DNA of 64,000 bases from Rhodospirillaceae bacterium (GTDB taxonomy: Bacteria > Pseudomonadota > Alphaproteobacteria > UBA7887): positions 27,368-91,367 of the forward strand of contig PBWV01000047.1 in the NCBI GenBank assembly GCA_002728255.1, given 5' to 3'. Of this stretch, positions 42,865-53,688 are shown piece by piece; positions within the stretch are counted from its first letter, which is position 1; the number at the start of each line of letters is the position of its first letter. The notes beneath the pieces were generated by a model. That model was not told where the DNA came from, ran no database searches, and saw only the letters and a program-made list of their open reading frames with translations. Position numbers and translations under genes: made by a program.

Positions 42865-43438
42865 CCTGGGGACTTGTTATCTGCAAAAAGTTTTTAAGCA
42901 AATGATGGCCATGCTCTGAAGCTATGCTTTCAGGATGAAACTGTACGCCAAAAATGGGAAAATGTTGGTGCCTAAGTCCCATGATTACTCCATCTTCCGT
43001 CCGAGCGGTAACCCGCAGGACGGCTGGTAAACCCACCTCACTCACCATTAATGAATGATATCTCGTGGCGAGAAAGGGTTTTTTAAGACCAGAAAATATT
43101 TCAACTCCATCGTGAATAATTTTACTTAATTTGCCATGCATTAGTGTAGGGGCTCGAACAATTTTTGCGCCAAATGCTTGCCCGATTGACTGGTGACCCA
43201 AGCACACGCCAAGGATTGGAATGGTCCCTGCTGCCATCTTTATCGTTTCTAGACATATGCCTGCTCTACTCGGGTCGCGTGGCCCTGGCGAAAGAATAAT
43301 TCCCTCGGGAGAGAGTTTCAAAATCTTCCCGGGTGTGATCGAATCATTTCGAAAGACGGATACCTCGGCCCCTAATTCCCCAAGAAAGTGCACAAGGTTA
43401 TAGGTAAAGCTATCATAGTTATCTATTAATACATACAT
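42845..43438 (-). CDS. trpG: anthranilate synthase component II / PabA-type glutamine amidotransferase
   Basis: 197-aa class-I GATase (GVCLGHQ and the catalytic His/Glu near the C-terminus). Cotranscribed with trpD and trpC. Confidence 0.85.
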   Translation of the reverse strand: MYVLIDNYDSFTYNLVHFLGELGAEVSVFRNDSITPGKILKLSPEGIILSPGPRDPSRAGICLETIKMAAGTIPILGVCLGHQSIGQAFGAKIVRAPTLMHGKLSKIIHDGVEIFSGLKKPFLATRYHSLMVSEVGLPAVLRVTARTEDGVIMGLRHQHFPIFGVQFHPESIASEHGHHLLKNFLQITSPQGEKIDR

Positions 43439-43653
43439 ATCAATAACTTATATAAAAATATAAAGAATTTAAATAAATCCAAAATTTACGGCCTCACTAA
43501 GCATTATGCCACTCCCTTCGCGATTGACACCCTTTGCGTGTACATTTTCAAGCAATTTACCTAAATATCAAAGAAGGTTAATTGTAGCACAATTAAAAAA
43601 CACGGACGCCCGCTACCTCAAAATTACCCCGTCCAAACCCTAAGGACAGCGTT

Positions 43654-44523
43654 ATGATCAAGCAAAAAGTTATTTCTTATGAATATAGATGCTCTAAACG
43701 CTTTATTTGTAAAGGAGTTTCGTGTTTTTCTATTGGAACTTTCTTTTTGTTCGGGGCAATAGTTTCTTTTTCGCTTGGGATTGTTAATGCAGAAGATGGA
43801 GGTGATCTAATAACTACCAATGAGGCACGCCTCGAAAAACAAGATTCGGACAAAGGTTTGTTAAGACCAAGAATAGCAATAGTTATAGATGATCTTGGTC
43901 CAAACCGGATTTTGACCGAACAAGCGCTCTCGCTTCCTAATTCAATCGGCCTTGCATTTCTTCCCAACTCGCCAACTAGTACTACTCTAGCCACTCGTGC
44001 CGTTGAATTGGGGCACGAAGTCTTAATCCATATGCCAATGGAACCGCTCGACCCCTCTATTAATCCAGGACCAAGCGCACTACTTTTAACTATGACATTT
44101 AAGGAAGTGCTTCAACAATTACGTTTAGCAATCACTCAAGTGCCAGGAGCCATAGGCCTAAATAACCATATGGGAAGCAAGTTTACACAGGACGAGAATG
44201 CTATGCTCATAGTGATGGAGGAACTCAAAGCGCGGGATATGATTTTTTTAGACTCGCGAACAACTCCCGCAACAAAAGGGCATATTGTTGCAAGAAAAAA
44301 GAAGGTTAAAACTATTTCAAGAAATATTTTCTTGGACAATGATCGTTCAAAAATTGCGATCAAGAAGCAGTTGTTTTTGGCTGAGAAATTTGCGCGTAAG
44401 AATGGGGTCGCTGTGGTTATCGGGCATCCCTATGCAGAAACATTTTCAGTATTACAAGACTGGATCCCGGATGCTGTGATGCGAGGTTACACATTAGTGC
44501 AAATCAGCAGCGTAGTAGAATAA
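43654..44523 (+). CDS. divergent polysaccharide deacetylase family protein (YibQ-like), membrane-anchored
   Basis: 289 aa with an N-terminal TM/signal segment and the YibQ-type NodB-like core (IAIVIDDLG..., HEVLIHMPMEP, NNHMGSKFT, GHPYAETF). Confidence 0.75.
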   Translation: MIKQKVISYEYRCSKRFICKGVSCFSIGTFFLFGAIVSFSLGIVNAEDGGDLITTNEARLEKQDSDKGLLRPRIAIVIDDLGPNRILTEQALSLPNSIGLAFLPNSPTSTTLATRAVELGHEVLIHMPMEPLDPSINPGPSALLLTMTFKEVLQQLRLAITQVPGAIGLNNHMGSKFTQDENAMLIVMEELKARDMIFLDSRTTPATKGHIVARKKKVKTISRNIFLDNDRSKIAIKKQLFLAEKFARKNGVAVVIGHPYAETFSVLQDWIPDAVMRGYTLVQISSVVE

Positions 44524-44554
44524 AGGTTTGGTGTATGGTAGTGGAGGATAAAGT

Positions 44555-46084
44555 TTAAGGTGGTGAGTTTTCCTCAGATGAATCATCTATAGCTTGCTCC
44601 GCGGCGCGAATTAGTGCACTAGCTTTGTTCCAGCATTCTTCGTCTTCAAGTTCCGGAACACTGTCGGCAACTATTCCGGCTCCTGCTTGAACATGCATGA
44701 CCCCATCTTTTACGATGGCCGTGCGGAGAGCAATGCAAGTGTCCATAGTTCCATTGGCTGAGAAATATCCCACGCATCCCGCATATATGCCCCGCCGTTC
44801 CTGTTCTAGGCCATCGATTATTTCCATGGCACGAACTTTTGGAGCGCCGCTGACCGTTCCAGCGGGGAACCCTCCCACTAGCACGTCTACCGCCGATAGT
44901 CCTTCTTTGACCATGCCCTCCACGTTTGAAACTAGATGCATGACATGACTGTAATACTCGACACCCATTTGTTCGGTTACGTGCACAGTTCCAATTTTGG
45001 TGACCCGACCGACATCATTTCGGCCCAAATCTAGTAACATCAGGTGCTCTGCAATTTCTTTGGGATCATTTTTAAGTTCAGTGGCAAGGGACTGGTCTTC
45101 ATTTAAGTTCTCTCCACGTCTTCGCGTTCCTGCAAGAGGTCTAATAGTCACCTGATCGTCACGGAGGCGCACCAAGATTTCCGGACTAGACCCAACCACA
45201 GCAAACTCATCAAAGTTTAAGTAAAAGAGGAAGGGCGAAGGGTTTAGCCTTCGCAGTGATCGGTAAAGAGTAAAGGGGTGTTGCCTAAACGGGACACTAA
45301 ATCGTTGAGATAAGACCACCTGGAACACATCTCCTGCGGCAATATATTCTTTGGCTTGATTAACGATTTTTTTATATGTTTCAGATCCTAGATTTGACAC
45401 TGGATTGAGGGTGTTGGTTTCTCGTTTAATCGAACGTTTCTCCGGCATTATATTACGGGAGAACTTGTCCGTCACATTGCTGAGTCGAGCTAGAGCTTGA
45501 TCAAAAGCCTGTTTCGCAGTTTTTGTAGAATTATGCCGTACTGGAGTGACAATGGTGAGTGTGTCTAAAACTGAATCAAAAATTGCCATAATGGTAGGTC
45601 TAATAAATAGCCCATCGGGTACAGCAAGACCAGATGGATTATTGTCTGGAATATTTTCCATTAAACGGACGGTATCATACCCCATGTATCCAACTAAGCC
45701 AGCAGCCATTGGAGGTAAGTTTGCTGGCAACTTTATTTCCGATTCCTCTAACAATTGCCGCAGAGAATCTAATGCTCCTCTGGTTTCAGTGATAAAGGTT
45801 TGGGTGTCTGACAGGGCCTTTCTATTAATCTCCGGAGTATTCTTGTGGCACTTCCAAATGACGTCAGGTTCAAGGCCAATAATCGAATAACGGCCTCGAA
45901 CTGATCCACCCTCAACCGATTCAAGCAAGAAAGAATATTGGCTCTGCGCTGCAATTTTTAGCATCGCAGAGACAGGCGTCTCTAAATCTGCCACTAGGGT
46001 GGAATACACGACCTGGGGGCGTTTGATGTCGTACTTCTCAGAAAATTCGGCAAAGTCCGGATAAATTGAGTTTTGAGCTAACAT
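44555..46084 (-). CDS. trpE: anthranilate synthase component I
   Basis: 509 aa of the chorismate-binding enzyme family (LLESVEGG near the N-terminus; GAGIVADSVPE near the C-terminus). Confidence 0.92.
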   Translation of the reverse strand: MLAQNSIYPDFAEFSEKYDIKRPQVVYSTLVADLETPVSAMLKIAAQSQYSFLLESVEGGSVRGRYSIIGLEPDVIWKCHKNTPEINRKALSDTQTFITETRGALDSLRQLLEESEIKLPANLPPMAAGLVGYMGYDTVRLMENIPDNNPSGLAVPDGLFIRPTIMAIFDSVLDTLTIVTPVRHNSTKTAKQAFDQALARLSNVTDKFSRNIMPEKRSIKRETNTLNPVSNLGSETYKKIVNQAKEYIAAGDVFQVVLSQRFSVPFRQHPFTLYRSLRRLNPSPFLFYLNFDEFAVVGSSPEILVRLRDDQVTIRPLAGTRRRGENLNEDQSLATELKNDPKEIAEHLMLLDLGRNDVGRVTKIGTVHVTEQMGVEYYSHVMHLVSNVEGMVKEGLSAVDVLVGGFPAGTVSGAPKVRAMEIIDGLEQERRGIYAGCVGYFSANGTMDTCIALRTAIVKDGVMHVQAGAGIVADSVPELEDEECWNKASALIRAAEQAIDDSSEENSPP

Positions 46085-46088
46085 TGGC

Positions 46089-47969
46089 TTAAAACAAATT
46101 ACTCAAAACTTTTTCATCTACTGTCAGCTTATATTTTTCACGCAAAGCCGTTTGGAGCCCTGTTAGTAAATCAGTTTGCAACGAGGCGTTTAACTCCCGA
46201 GCGGTTATCTCAAGCTCATCCTCATCTATTACTTCATTTTGAATAATTTGCGTGACGCTCGCTACAGCATATTTTTCCGGTCCCAATCTTAAAGTGCCAC
46301 TAATACCATCAAGGGGCAACTCGAACAAAAAACGTAATGATTGTTGTTCAAGATTTAATTTTAGTCCCTCTCCATCCCGGGTCAATTCTGTTACGAGTAA
46401 AGGATCGATTCCCATTTGGAGTATGGCATCATTGAATCCCAATTCGGTCGCTGTATTAATGAACTGAGACGCCAACTCAAGAGCCTTTTTGTCGCGCCAG
46501 GCACTTTGCCAAGAGGTAACAACTAAATCTTCCACTGATTCGAGAGGAAGAAGAGCTCTAGGGAAAATCTCATTTACTCGGATTTTGTAAATTGAATTAG
46601 CCTCCGCTTCTAAAATGGGGATATCTTCACCCATTTGGCTGGCAAAAACGGTTGGGAGCAACTCCCCCGAGGGTGGAAGATTCTCGACCATATCTCCATT
46701 TTGACCGAATCCCGATATAGTTATTGGAGGGATTAGTTTGACATTTAAGCCCAATAATCGAGCAGCCTCCTCCAGAGTGCGTCCAGCAGCCAGGTGATCC
46801 TCAAGTCGATTGCTTAATTCATAAACTAATTCTATGGCTTCTTCCGTTGCTAGCTCCTCGCGAATTATTGATTTGGCCTCCGAAAAACCCTCAACTCCAC
46901 CATTTTGGATTGCGTTCACCTTTAGAATGTTCCAGCCAAAATCTGTCTTAATAGGGGCCGTAATGTTTCCTGGGATGGTATTGAATGCAACGTCAGCTAA
47001 CTCGGGCAAGAGAGCACTCCGTCCAACTAATCCTAAATCAAGGTCGTCTTCACTCAAATCCGTCATTGATGTTCCTATAGAGATGAAATCTTGGCCTGCA
47101 TTTATCATATCAACGGCCGAGAGGGCGGTATCTCTATCCGGAAAAACTATAAGGTTAATGTCAACTTTTGGTTCGGTGGTAAACCGATCAATTTGATATT
47201 CGTACTCGGATAGAAGTGTCTCCTCGGAGATCTGTATTTCTTCTGTGAAATCAAATGGCCGTAACTCGACATAACTTGCGGAGCGGTAGGGTTCTGAAGT
47301 AAACTCCTGCGGATTTTCTTTATAAAAATCATAAATTTCACTGGCAGATGGGTGAGGTGCTTTTCCCACTTGCTCCTGGCCTATTATAACAAAAGCGACT
47401 GATCGTTTTTCTGTCGCATGCTTGTATAAAATCTGGGAGAGGCTTGTCGGGGCATGTGAGCCGCTGAGTAGAGCACCCACCAGTTGATTGCGCACAATAT
47501 CGTTTCTTACAGTCTCAATGAAGCTATCCTCAGTCATACCGCTCTGGCCTACCGAGTATTGGAAAATTGCCTTGTCGAATTGACCTAATTCATTATGAAA
47601 ATTTGGTGATTTTTTAATTTCTTTAGCAACGATTTTGTCAGATGCAGCCATTCCAAATTCTTTGGTTTGTTGATCTATGGCTCCCTTACTAATCAGTTGT
47701 TGAAGTGTGTTTTCCACTATCCCCAGAGCTCTGGCCTGTTCCGCATCAATTTGACCATTGGTTAAACGTCGGAGTTGCTCTAATTCTCGATTATAAGTTT
47801 GAGCGACCTGCGAGGCTTTGATGTCTGTCTTGCCTATGGTAGCAACTGTAGGATCACTGCCACCTTGGAAAATGTCCCCGACGCCCCAAACTGCGAAGCT
47901 AAGCGCTATTAGCCCTAGAAACAGTTTAATTGTCAGAGATTTCAGATTAGAAAATAAATTTTGTAACAT
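46089..47969 (-). CDS. ppiD: periplasmic chaperone PpiD / SurA-like peptidyl-prolyl isomerase, N-terminally membrane-anchored
   Basis: 626 aa with one N-terminal TM helix followed by SurA-N-like and parvulin-like regions. Its position upstream of trpE is as in other alphaproteobacteria. Confidence 0.75.
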   Translation of the reverse strand: MLQNLFSNLKSLTIKLFLGLIALSFAVWGVGDIFQGGSDPTVATIGKTDIKASQVAQTYNRELEQLRRLTNGQIDAEQARALGIVENTLQQLISKGAIDQQTKEFGMAASDKIVAKEIKKSPNFHNELGQFDKAIFQYSVGQSGMTEDSFIETVRNDIVRNQLVGALLSGSHAPTSLSQILYKHATEKRSVAFVIIGQEQVGKAPHPSASEIYDFYKENPQEFTSEPYRSASYVELRPFDFTEEIQISEETLLSEYEYQIDRFTTEPKVDINLIVFPDRDTALSAVDMINAGQDFISIGTSMTDLSEDDLDLGLVGRSALLPELADVAFNTIPGNITAPIKTDFGWNILKVNAIQNGGVEGFSEAKSIIREELATEEAIELVYELSNRLEDHLAAGRTLEEAARLLGLNVKLIPPITISGFGQNGDMVENLPPSGELLPTVFASQMGEDIPILEAEANSIYKIRVNEIFPRALLPLESVEDLVVTSWQSAWRDKKALELASQFINTATELGFNDAILQMGIDPLLVTELTRDGEGLKLNLEQQSLRFLFELPLDGISGTLRLGPEKYAVASVTQIIQNEVIDEDELEITARELNASLQTDLLTGLQTALREKYKLTVDEKVLSNLF

Positions 47970-48137
47970 TTTAGTTCGCTGTTTAATCCTTTATTTTTCC
48001 AAAAAGCTCGTATTAAGGTTGCTCTTTACATGATAAGAATCTCGATGGTTTGGGCAACTGTCAATATGTAGGTAGGGGCCTTAATGTTTTGGAACCCCTA
48101 GCCCTGGGAAGATGTAACTGTAAAAGGTGCTATTTAT

Positions 48138-48902
48138 ATGAAGAAACAATTAAAGCAATCACCGCTAGTTGCTGGAAATTGGAAAATGAATGGTGATGTG
48201 GGTAGCGCTGAGGCACTCTTGACAGAGCTCAACGCTGGTTTGTCGGATAATGCTCCAAAATGTGAAATTGTGGTTTGTCCACCATTTACCTTGCTGCAGC
48301 ACGTAGAAAAATTATTGAATAAAAACAAATGGATAAATCTAGGTTCTCAGGATTGCTCTGAGTACGAAGTGGGAGCATATACAGGTGATGTTTCTCCGAG
48401 AATGCTATCCGACATCGGCTGTCGATATGTCGTGCTGGGGCACTCTGAAAGGCGCACAAGGCTTCGAGAAACCAATGCAATGGTTAAACGTAAGGCGGTA
48501 CAAGCTATTCATCAAGGGCTAATACCCATTGTTTGTGTTGGAGAAAGCCTAAAAGAGCGGCAGGAAGGGAGGGCTCAAAGAACTGTTCAGGCACAGATTA
48601 ACCGCTCGCTCCCTGTCGGATTAGAGCCGTCACAGGTTGTGGTTGCTTATGAGCCCATTTGGGCCATTGGGACGGGAAAAACTCCTACAACCACTCAAAT
48701 TAGCCAGATGCACCTTGCTATTCGCCAATCTCTTCAGACTAAATGTACCCAAAACTACGGATCTATTCGGCTTCTGTACGGAGGTTCGGTTAATCCGGAT
48801 AATGTAAGGGAAATAATTAGAATTCCTAACGTGGATGGTTGCCTTGTTGGCGGCGCCAGCCTAAAAGGAGAGGCTTTCTGCGATATCTGTTTGGCCTATT
48901 AA
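48138..48902 (+). CDS. tpiA: triose-phosphate isomerase
   Basis: 254 aa with the AYEPIWAIGTGKT active-site motif. Confidence 0.93.
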   Translation: MKKQLKQSPLVAGNWKMNGDVGSAEALLTELNAGLSDNAPKCEIVVCPPFTLLQHVEKLLNKNKWINLGSQDCSEYEVGAYTGDVSPRMLSDIGCRYVVLGHSERRTRLRETNAMVKRKAVQAIHQGLIPIVCVGESLKERQEGRAQRTVQAQINRSLPVGLEPSQVVVAYEPIWAIGTGKTPTTTQISQMHLAIRQSLQTKCTQNYGSIRLLYGGSVNPDNVREIIRIPNVDGCLVGGASLKGEAFCDICLAY

Positions 48903-48968
48903 AATGATTCGTAGGAAAAATTGAACGCGAGCCGGCAATAAGTAGGCTTTTTCTGCTAGGAGAAATAA

Positions 48969-49313
48969 ATGACTACGGTGTTTCTTGTTATACATTTGAT
49001 ACTTGCAGTAGCCCTTGTGACTGTGATCTTGCTTCAGCGGAGTGATGGAGGCGCTCTGGGCGGCCTGGGCGGAGGTGATGGGGGCGGTGCCGGGTTCGGA
49101 AATTTACTTTCCGGCCGACAGTCAGCAAATTTGTTAACTCGGACAACAACGATTATAGCGACCTGTTTTATTATCACTAGCCTCCTACTTGCTATTTTGG
49201 CTGCAAGAAACTCCCAGTCTCCATCAATTTTGGATGGAATTGGAGACACAGATGAGAATTCTATCGAATACGAAAGCTCAGATGAGGGGCCTACGGCGCC
49301 GATCGAAGAGTGA
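48969..49313 (+). CDS. secG: preprotein translocase subunit SecG (with an acidic C-terminal tail)
   Basis: 114 aa with two TM helices flanking a Gly-rich loop (GGALGGLGGGDGGGAGFG). Lies between tpiA and pyrG. Confidence 0.85.
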   Translation: MTTVFLVIHLILAVALVTVILLQRSDGGALGGLGGGDGGGAGFGNLLSGRQSANLLTRTTTIIATCFIITSLLLAILAARNSQSPSILDGIGDTDENSIEYESSDEGPTAPIEE

Positions 49314-49379
49314 ACTAAAAATTAGCCATCTGCCAGTTTTTATTGGTAAAGGCACCATAATAGATTATCCTGTTGCTCC

Positions 49380-51011
49380 ATGACGCGATTCATTTTTGTG
49401 ACCGGCGGCGTGGTATCTTCACTTGGGAAAGGGCTCGCATCAGCTTCCCTGGCTGCATTACTCCAGGCGCGTGGCTATTCCGTCCGTTTGCGCAAATTTG
49501 ATCCTTACTTAAATGTTGATCCCGGTACTATGAGCCCGTATCAGCACGGAGAGGTATTCGTAACTGATGATGGGGCGGAGACTGATCTCGACTTGGGTCA
49601 CTATGAGAGGTTTACCGGTGTTTCCGCCCGACAAAGTGATAATGCGACGGCTGGTCGTATATATTCCAATGTTATAGCGAACGAGAGAAAAGGAGAGTAT
49701 CTGGGAGGTACTGTTCAGGTCATCCCTCATGTCACCGATGAAATAAAGAGAATGATTATGTCTGATACAGGCAATGTTGATTTTCTTTTGTGTGAAATCG
49801 GAGGCACTGTGGGTGATATAGAGAGCCAACCATTTCTTGAGGCAATTAGACAGCTACGAAACGATCTAGGATCAGAGCTTACTTTATTTCTACATTTAAC
49901 GCTGATCCCTTACATCGCCTCGGCAGGAGAACTTAAAACTAAACCAACTCAACATTCGGTAAAGGAATTGAGAAGTTTGGGAATACAGGCGGACATTTTA
50001 CTCTGCCGGTGTACCCAGATTATACCCGATTCTGAGCGAAACAAAATTGCATTGTTTTGTAATGTTGGGAAGGACGACGTAATTGCAGCTGTTGATGTTA
50101 ATTCAATATACGAGGTTCCTGAAAACTATCATTCGGTAGGTCTGGATAGCCAAGTACTGAAACGATTTGGATTAGGATTTAAGTCGTCGATCAACGTTAA
50201 TCCCTGGAAAAAAATAAATGAGTGCCTGCGAAATCCTGATGGTGAAGTAACTATCGCGGTTGTGGGAAAATACACTGGTCTTCGGGATGCATACATTTCC
50301 CTGTCGGAAGCTCTGACCCATGGGGGTCTTAAAAACAAGTTAAAAGTCCAAATTGAATGGTTGGACTCTGAAATTTTGGAAGATGAAAAGAATCTCCACT
50401 TGCTTGAAAACGTCCATGGGATTCTGGTTCCAGGCGGATTCGGAGGGAGAGGCATCGAAGGAAAGATCGCAGCGATCCAGTTTGCGCGCGAACGGAAACT
50501 TCCATATTTCGGTATTTGTTTTGGAATGCAACTTGCGGTCCTAGAAATTGCTCGCAATGTTGCAGGACTTGAGAATGCCTCCTCGACGGAATTTGGCCCA
50601 ACACCTGAGCCGGTAATTGCCTTGTTAAATGAATGGGTTACAGAGGAGGGCAATATAGAGCTACGTAGTACGGGTGATGATTTGGGGGGAACAATGCGGT
50701 TGGGAGCCTACCAGGCACTAATTAAGGATAAGACCTTACTCGCAAGAGTATATAATCGTACTAATATAAGTGAACGTCACAGGCATCGTTACGAAGTAAA
50801 TCCCAAGTACGAGAGTTTGCTCAACAAGGCTGGACTGTTTTTTTCAGCATCCTCACCCGATGGTCTCCTTCCAGAGGCCGTTGAGATACCTGATCACCCT
50901 TGGTTTGTGGGAGTTCAGTTCCATCCCGAATTAAAATCTAAACCTTTTGAGCCTCATCCGTTATTTTCGTCCTTTGTAGAAGCTGCAATGAAAAAATCTC
51001 GTTTAGTTTGA
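49380..51011 (+). CDS. pyrG: CTP synthase
   Basis: 543 aa with the synthetase N-terminus ([13 protein letters not shown]) and the GATase domain (GICFGMQ). Confidence 0.95.
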   Translation: MTRFIFVTGGVVSSLGKGLASASLAALLQARGYSVRLRKFDPYLNVDPGTMSPYQHGEVFVTDDGAETDLDLGHYERFTGVSARQSDNATAGRIYSNVIANERKGEYLGGTVQVIPHVTDEIKRMIMSDTGNVDFLLCEIGGTVGDIESQPFLEAIRQLRNDLGSELTLFLHLTLIPYIASAGELKTKPTQHSVKELRSLGIQADILLCRCTQIIPDSERNKIALFCNVGKDDVIAAVDVNSIYEVPENYHSVGLDSQVLKRFGLGFKSSINVNPWKKINECLRNPDGEVTIAVVGKYTGLRDAYISLSEALTHGGLKNKLKVQIEWLDSEILEDEKNLHLLENVHGILVPGGFGGRGIEGKIAAIQFARERKLPYFGICFGMQLAVLEIARNVAGLENASSTEFGPTPEPVIALLNEWVTEEGNIELRSTGDDLGGTMRLGAYQALIKDKTLLARVYNRTNISERHRHRYEVNPKYESLLNKAGLFFSASSPDGLLPEAVEIPDHPWFVGVQFHPELKSKPFEPHPLFSSFVEAAMKKSRLV

Positions 51012-51026
51012 GAAAGTAAAATTCAA

Positions 51027-51878
51027 ATGATAAATAAACACAAGCACATTAGGATTGGAAATACCGTTGTAGGAAATGACCTTGAGTTTGTTCTGATAGC
51101 CGGCCCATGTGCTTTGGAAAGCAAAGCGCACGCCCTTGAAATGTGTCAGGCTCTTGTGGAAATAACTTCTAAGCTTGGACTTGGTTTTGTCTATAAAACA
51201 TCCTTTGACAAGGGAAACAGGACTAGCCTTAATTCTTTCAGGGGCCTTGGGATGGAATTGGGTTTACCGATCCTCGCGGACCTTCGAGAAAAATTTAATT
51301 GCCCTGTTTTAACGGATGTCCACACGGCGGAGCAATGTAACCCCGTTGCTGAAGTCGTTGACGTACTCCAAATACCTGCCTTTCTATGTCGCCAAACTGA
51401 TCTCCTGATAGCTGCTGCACACACTCAAAGAGTGGTCAACGTAAAAAAAGGCCAATTTCTTGCGCCGTGGGATATGAAAAGTGTTGCTTCAAAAATAGCA
51501 AAAACTGGTAATGAAAAAATTTTGCTATGCGAACGCGGAGCCAGTTTCGGCTATAACAGGTTGGTTTCTGACATGCGTTCACTTTCCGTTCTTTCGGAGC
51601 AAGGTTATCCTGTAGTGTTTGATGCCACTCATTCAGTACAACAACCAGGAGGGGAGGGCGATCGAAGTGGTGGTGAACGGCAATACGTGCCGTTACTTGC
51701 CCGTGCGGCTGTAGCCGCTGGGGTAGCGGCTATCTTTATTGAGACACATGAAGACCCGGACAACGCTCCTTCCGATGGTCCAAATATGGTGCCTCTGAAA
51801 AAACTGGAAAAATTATTGTCCAGTTTGATTGCTATAGATCGCATAACCAAAGATACTCTCTATGGATTGGGGAAGTAA
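51027..51878 (+). CDS. kdsA: 3-deoxy-8-phosphooctulonate synthase
   Basis: 283 aa of the DAHP/KDO8P synthase family ([22 protein letters not shown]). Confidence 0.92.
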   Translation: MINKHKHIRIGNTVVGNDLEFVLIAGPCALESKAHALEMCQALVEITSKLGLGFVYKTSFDKGNRTSLNSFRGLGMELGLPILADLREKFNCPVLTDVHTAEQCNPVAEVVDVLQIPAFLCRQTDLLIAAAHTQRVVNVKKGQFLAPWDMKSVASKIAKTGNEKILLCERGASFGYNRLVSDMRSLSVLSEQGYPVVFDATHSVQQPGGEGDRSGGERQYVPLLARAAVAAGVAAIFIETHEDPDNAPSDGPNMVPLKKLEKLLSSLIAIDRITKDTLYGLGK

Positions 51879-51883
51879 GTGCA

Positions 51884-53158
51884 ATGACTACCATCACACA
51901 AGTTAACGCTCGACAAATTCTGGATTGTCGAGGAAATCCAACGGTAGAAGCAGAAATCCGAGTAGAGAGCGGGGAAATAGCAAGGGGTTCGGCCCCTTCT
52001 GGGGCATCTACCGGAAGCTATGAAGCTATAGAATTAAGAGATGGTGAACAAATTTTTTTTCGTGGGATGGGAGTGCAAAATGCAGTCAACGCTATAAATG
52101 GAGAAATAGCGGATACATTAGTTGGAAGAGATGCGCTGGAGCAAAACCGCTTGGATAGGGTCCTTATAGATTTAGATGGTACACCCAATAAAGGGCGCTT
52201 GGGAGCAAATGCAATCCTTGCCGTGAGTATAGCGATTGCTAAAGTTGCAGCCAATGCCTGCAAACAACCACTCTATCGTTACCTCGGAGGCGTTAAGGCG
52301 CGAAAGTTACCCGTACCTATGATGAATATTATAAATGGTGGTATGCATGCTAACAATTCTCTCGATATTCAAGAATTTATGATAGTGCCAACTGGGGCTC
52401 CTTCTTTCTCTGAAGCTCTTAGATGGGGTGTAGAGGTTTTTCAATCGCTGAAGAGTGACCTAGAGAGCAAAGGTTATAGTACTGCTGTTGGCGATGAAGG
52501 AGGCTTCGCTCCAAAACTTAAAAATAATTCAGAAAGTCTGGACCTGATAATGGAGGCTATTATACGAGCTGGCCTTAAACCAGGTTCAGATGTTGGATTG
52601 GCTCTTGATGTGGCTGCGACGGAGTTAATTGTTAATGGTAAGTACCAGTTGAGTGGTGAGGGTGCCGAATTTACACAAGACCAATTTATTGATTATCAAG
52701 AGACTCTATGTCGCACATTCCCAATTATTTCGATTGAGGACCCATTGGGAGAAGATGATTGGGAAGGTTGGTCTAAAATAACTGGCCGGCTAGGTGATAA
52801 AGTTCAGATAGTCGGCGATGATCTATTTGTAACAAATACGAATCGTATAAAGGAAGGGATTGATAAACAAGCAGCAAATGCCGTGCTTATCAAAATGAAT
52901 CAGATTGGCACAATTACTGAGACCTTGGAAGCAGTCGAAATGGCTCAAACCGCTCAAATGCAGGCTATCGTGTCTCACCGGTCAGGCGAAACCGAGGATA
53001 CTACTATTGCAGACCTCGCCGTAGCAACTAACAGTGGCCAAATAAAGACCGGCTCGGTTAGTCGAACAGACCGCGTTGCCAAATATAATCAACTTTTGCG
53101 GATTGAGGAAGAATTGGATATGTGTGGACACTATGCAGGTATCAACGCCACAGTGTAG
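51884..53158 (+). CDS. eno: enolase
   Basis: 424 aa with [10 protein letters not shown] and IKMNQIGT motifs. Confidence 0.95.
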   Translation: MTTITQVNARQILDCRGNPTVEAEIRVESGEIARGSAPSGASTGSYEAIELRDGEQIFFRGMGVQNAVNAINGEIADTLVGRDALEQNRLDRVLIDLDGTPNKGRLGANAILAVSIAIAKVAANACKQPLYRYLGGVKARKLPVPMMNIINGGMHANNSLDIQEFMIVPTGAPSFSEALRWGVEVFQSLKSDLESKGYSTAVGDEGGFAPKLKNNSESLDLIMEAIIRAGLKPGSDVGLALDVAATELIVNGKYQLSGEGAEFTQDQFIDYQETLCRTFPIISIEDPLGEDDWEGWSKITGRLGDKVQIVGDDLFVTNTNRIKEGIDKQAANAVLIKMNQIGTITETLEAVEMAQTAQMQAIVSHRSGETEDTTIADLAVATNSGQIKTGSVSRTDRVAKYNQLLRIEEELDMCGHYAGINATV

Positions 53159-53200
53159 GAAAAAATTAAGGGACAATCGTTAAGAATAACCGATTAAGCG

Positions 53201-53506
53201 ATGCGAAAAATAATATCGAAATACTTATTGGGATCTTTGCGTGCAATAGCCTTAGGGGGTATAGGTGTATATTTGGGTTATCATCTTATACAGGGTGAAA
53301 ATGGTGCTATTGCCTACCTATTAGTGTCAAAGGAAATTCAGGATACAGCCAAGATTCTAGCTTTGAAAACGGAAAAACGTCAACAATTAGAACATCGAGT
53401 GTCTCTCTTGAGGCCAGATACAGTTGATTTAGACATGCTAACGGAGCGCTCCCGTAGAGTCCTGAACTACGGGAGATATGACGAGGTGGTGGTATTTTAT
53501 GAGTGA
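53201..53506 (+). CDS. ftsB: septum formation initiator (FtsB/DivIC family)
   Basis: 101 aa with a single N-terminal TM helix followed by a coiled-coil. The position between eno and pdhA is conserved. Confidence 0.7.
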   Translation: MRKIISKYLLGSLRAIALGGIGVYLGYHLIQGENGAIAYLLVSKEIQDTAKILALKTEKRQQLEHRVSLLRPDTVDLDMLTERSRRVLNYGRYDEVVVFYE

Positions 53507-53688
53507 CTTAGCCTGAACTGAAGTATTCTCAATTAACGATATTCGATTGAACAGAACCTTATGATACAATCTGTGCGAAAGAATAAACGTAAGTTTTCTG
53601 GAATCTTCAGATGCTTGCCCGTGCTATATAACAGTTTTAGAATTTTGTCTGTGCCTACTGGCGAAGGCTATTAAGCGATAAGGAACAG

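Noticed and set aside
43439-43653. Possible trp attenuator or leader peptide upstream of trpG
   Set aside because: No short ORF with tandem Trp codons on the minus strand, and no alternative hairpin followed by a U-tract.
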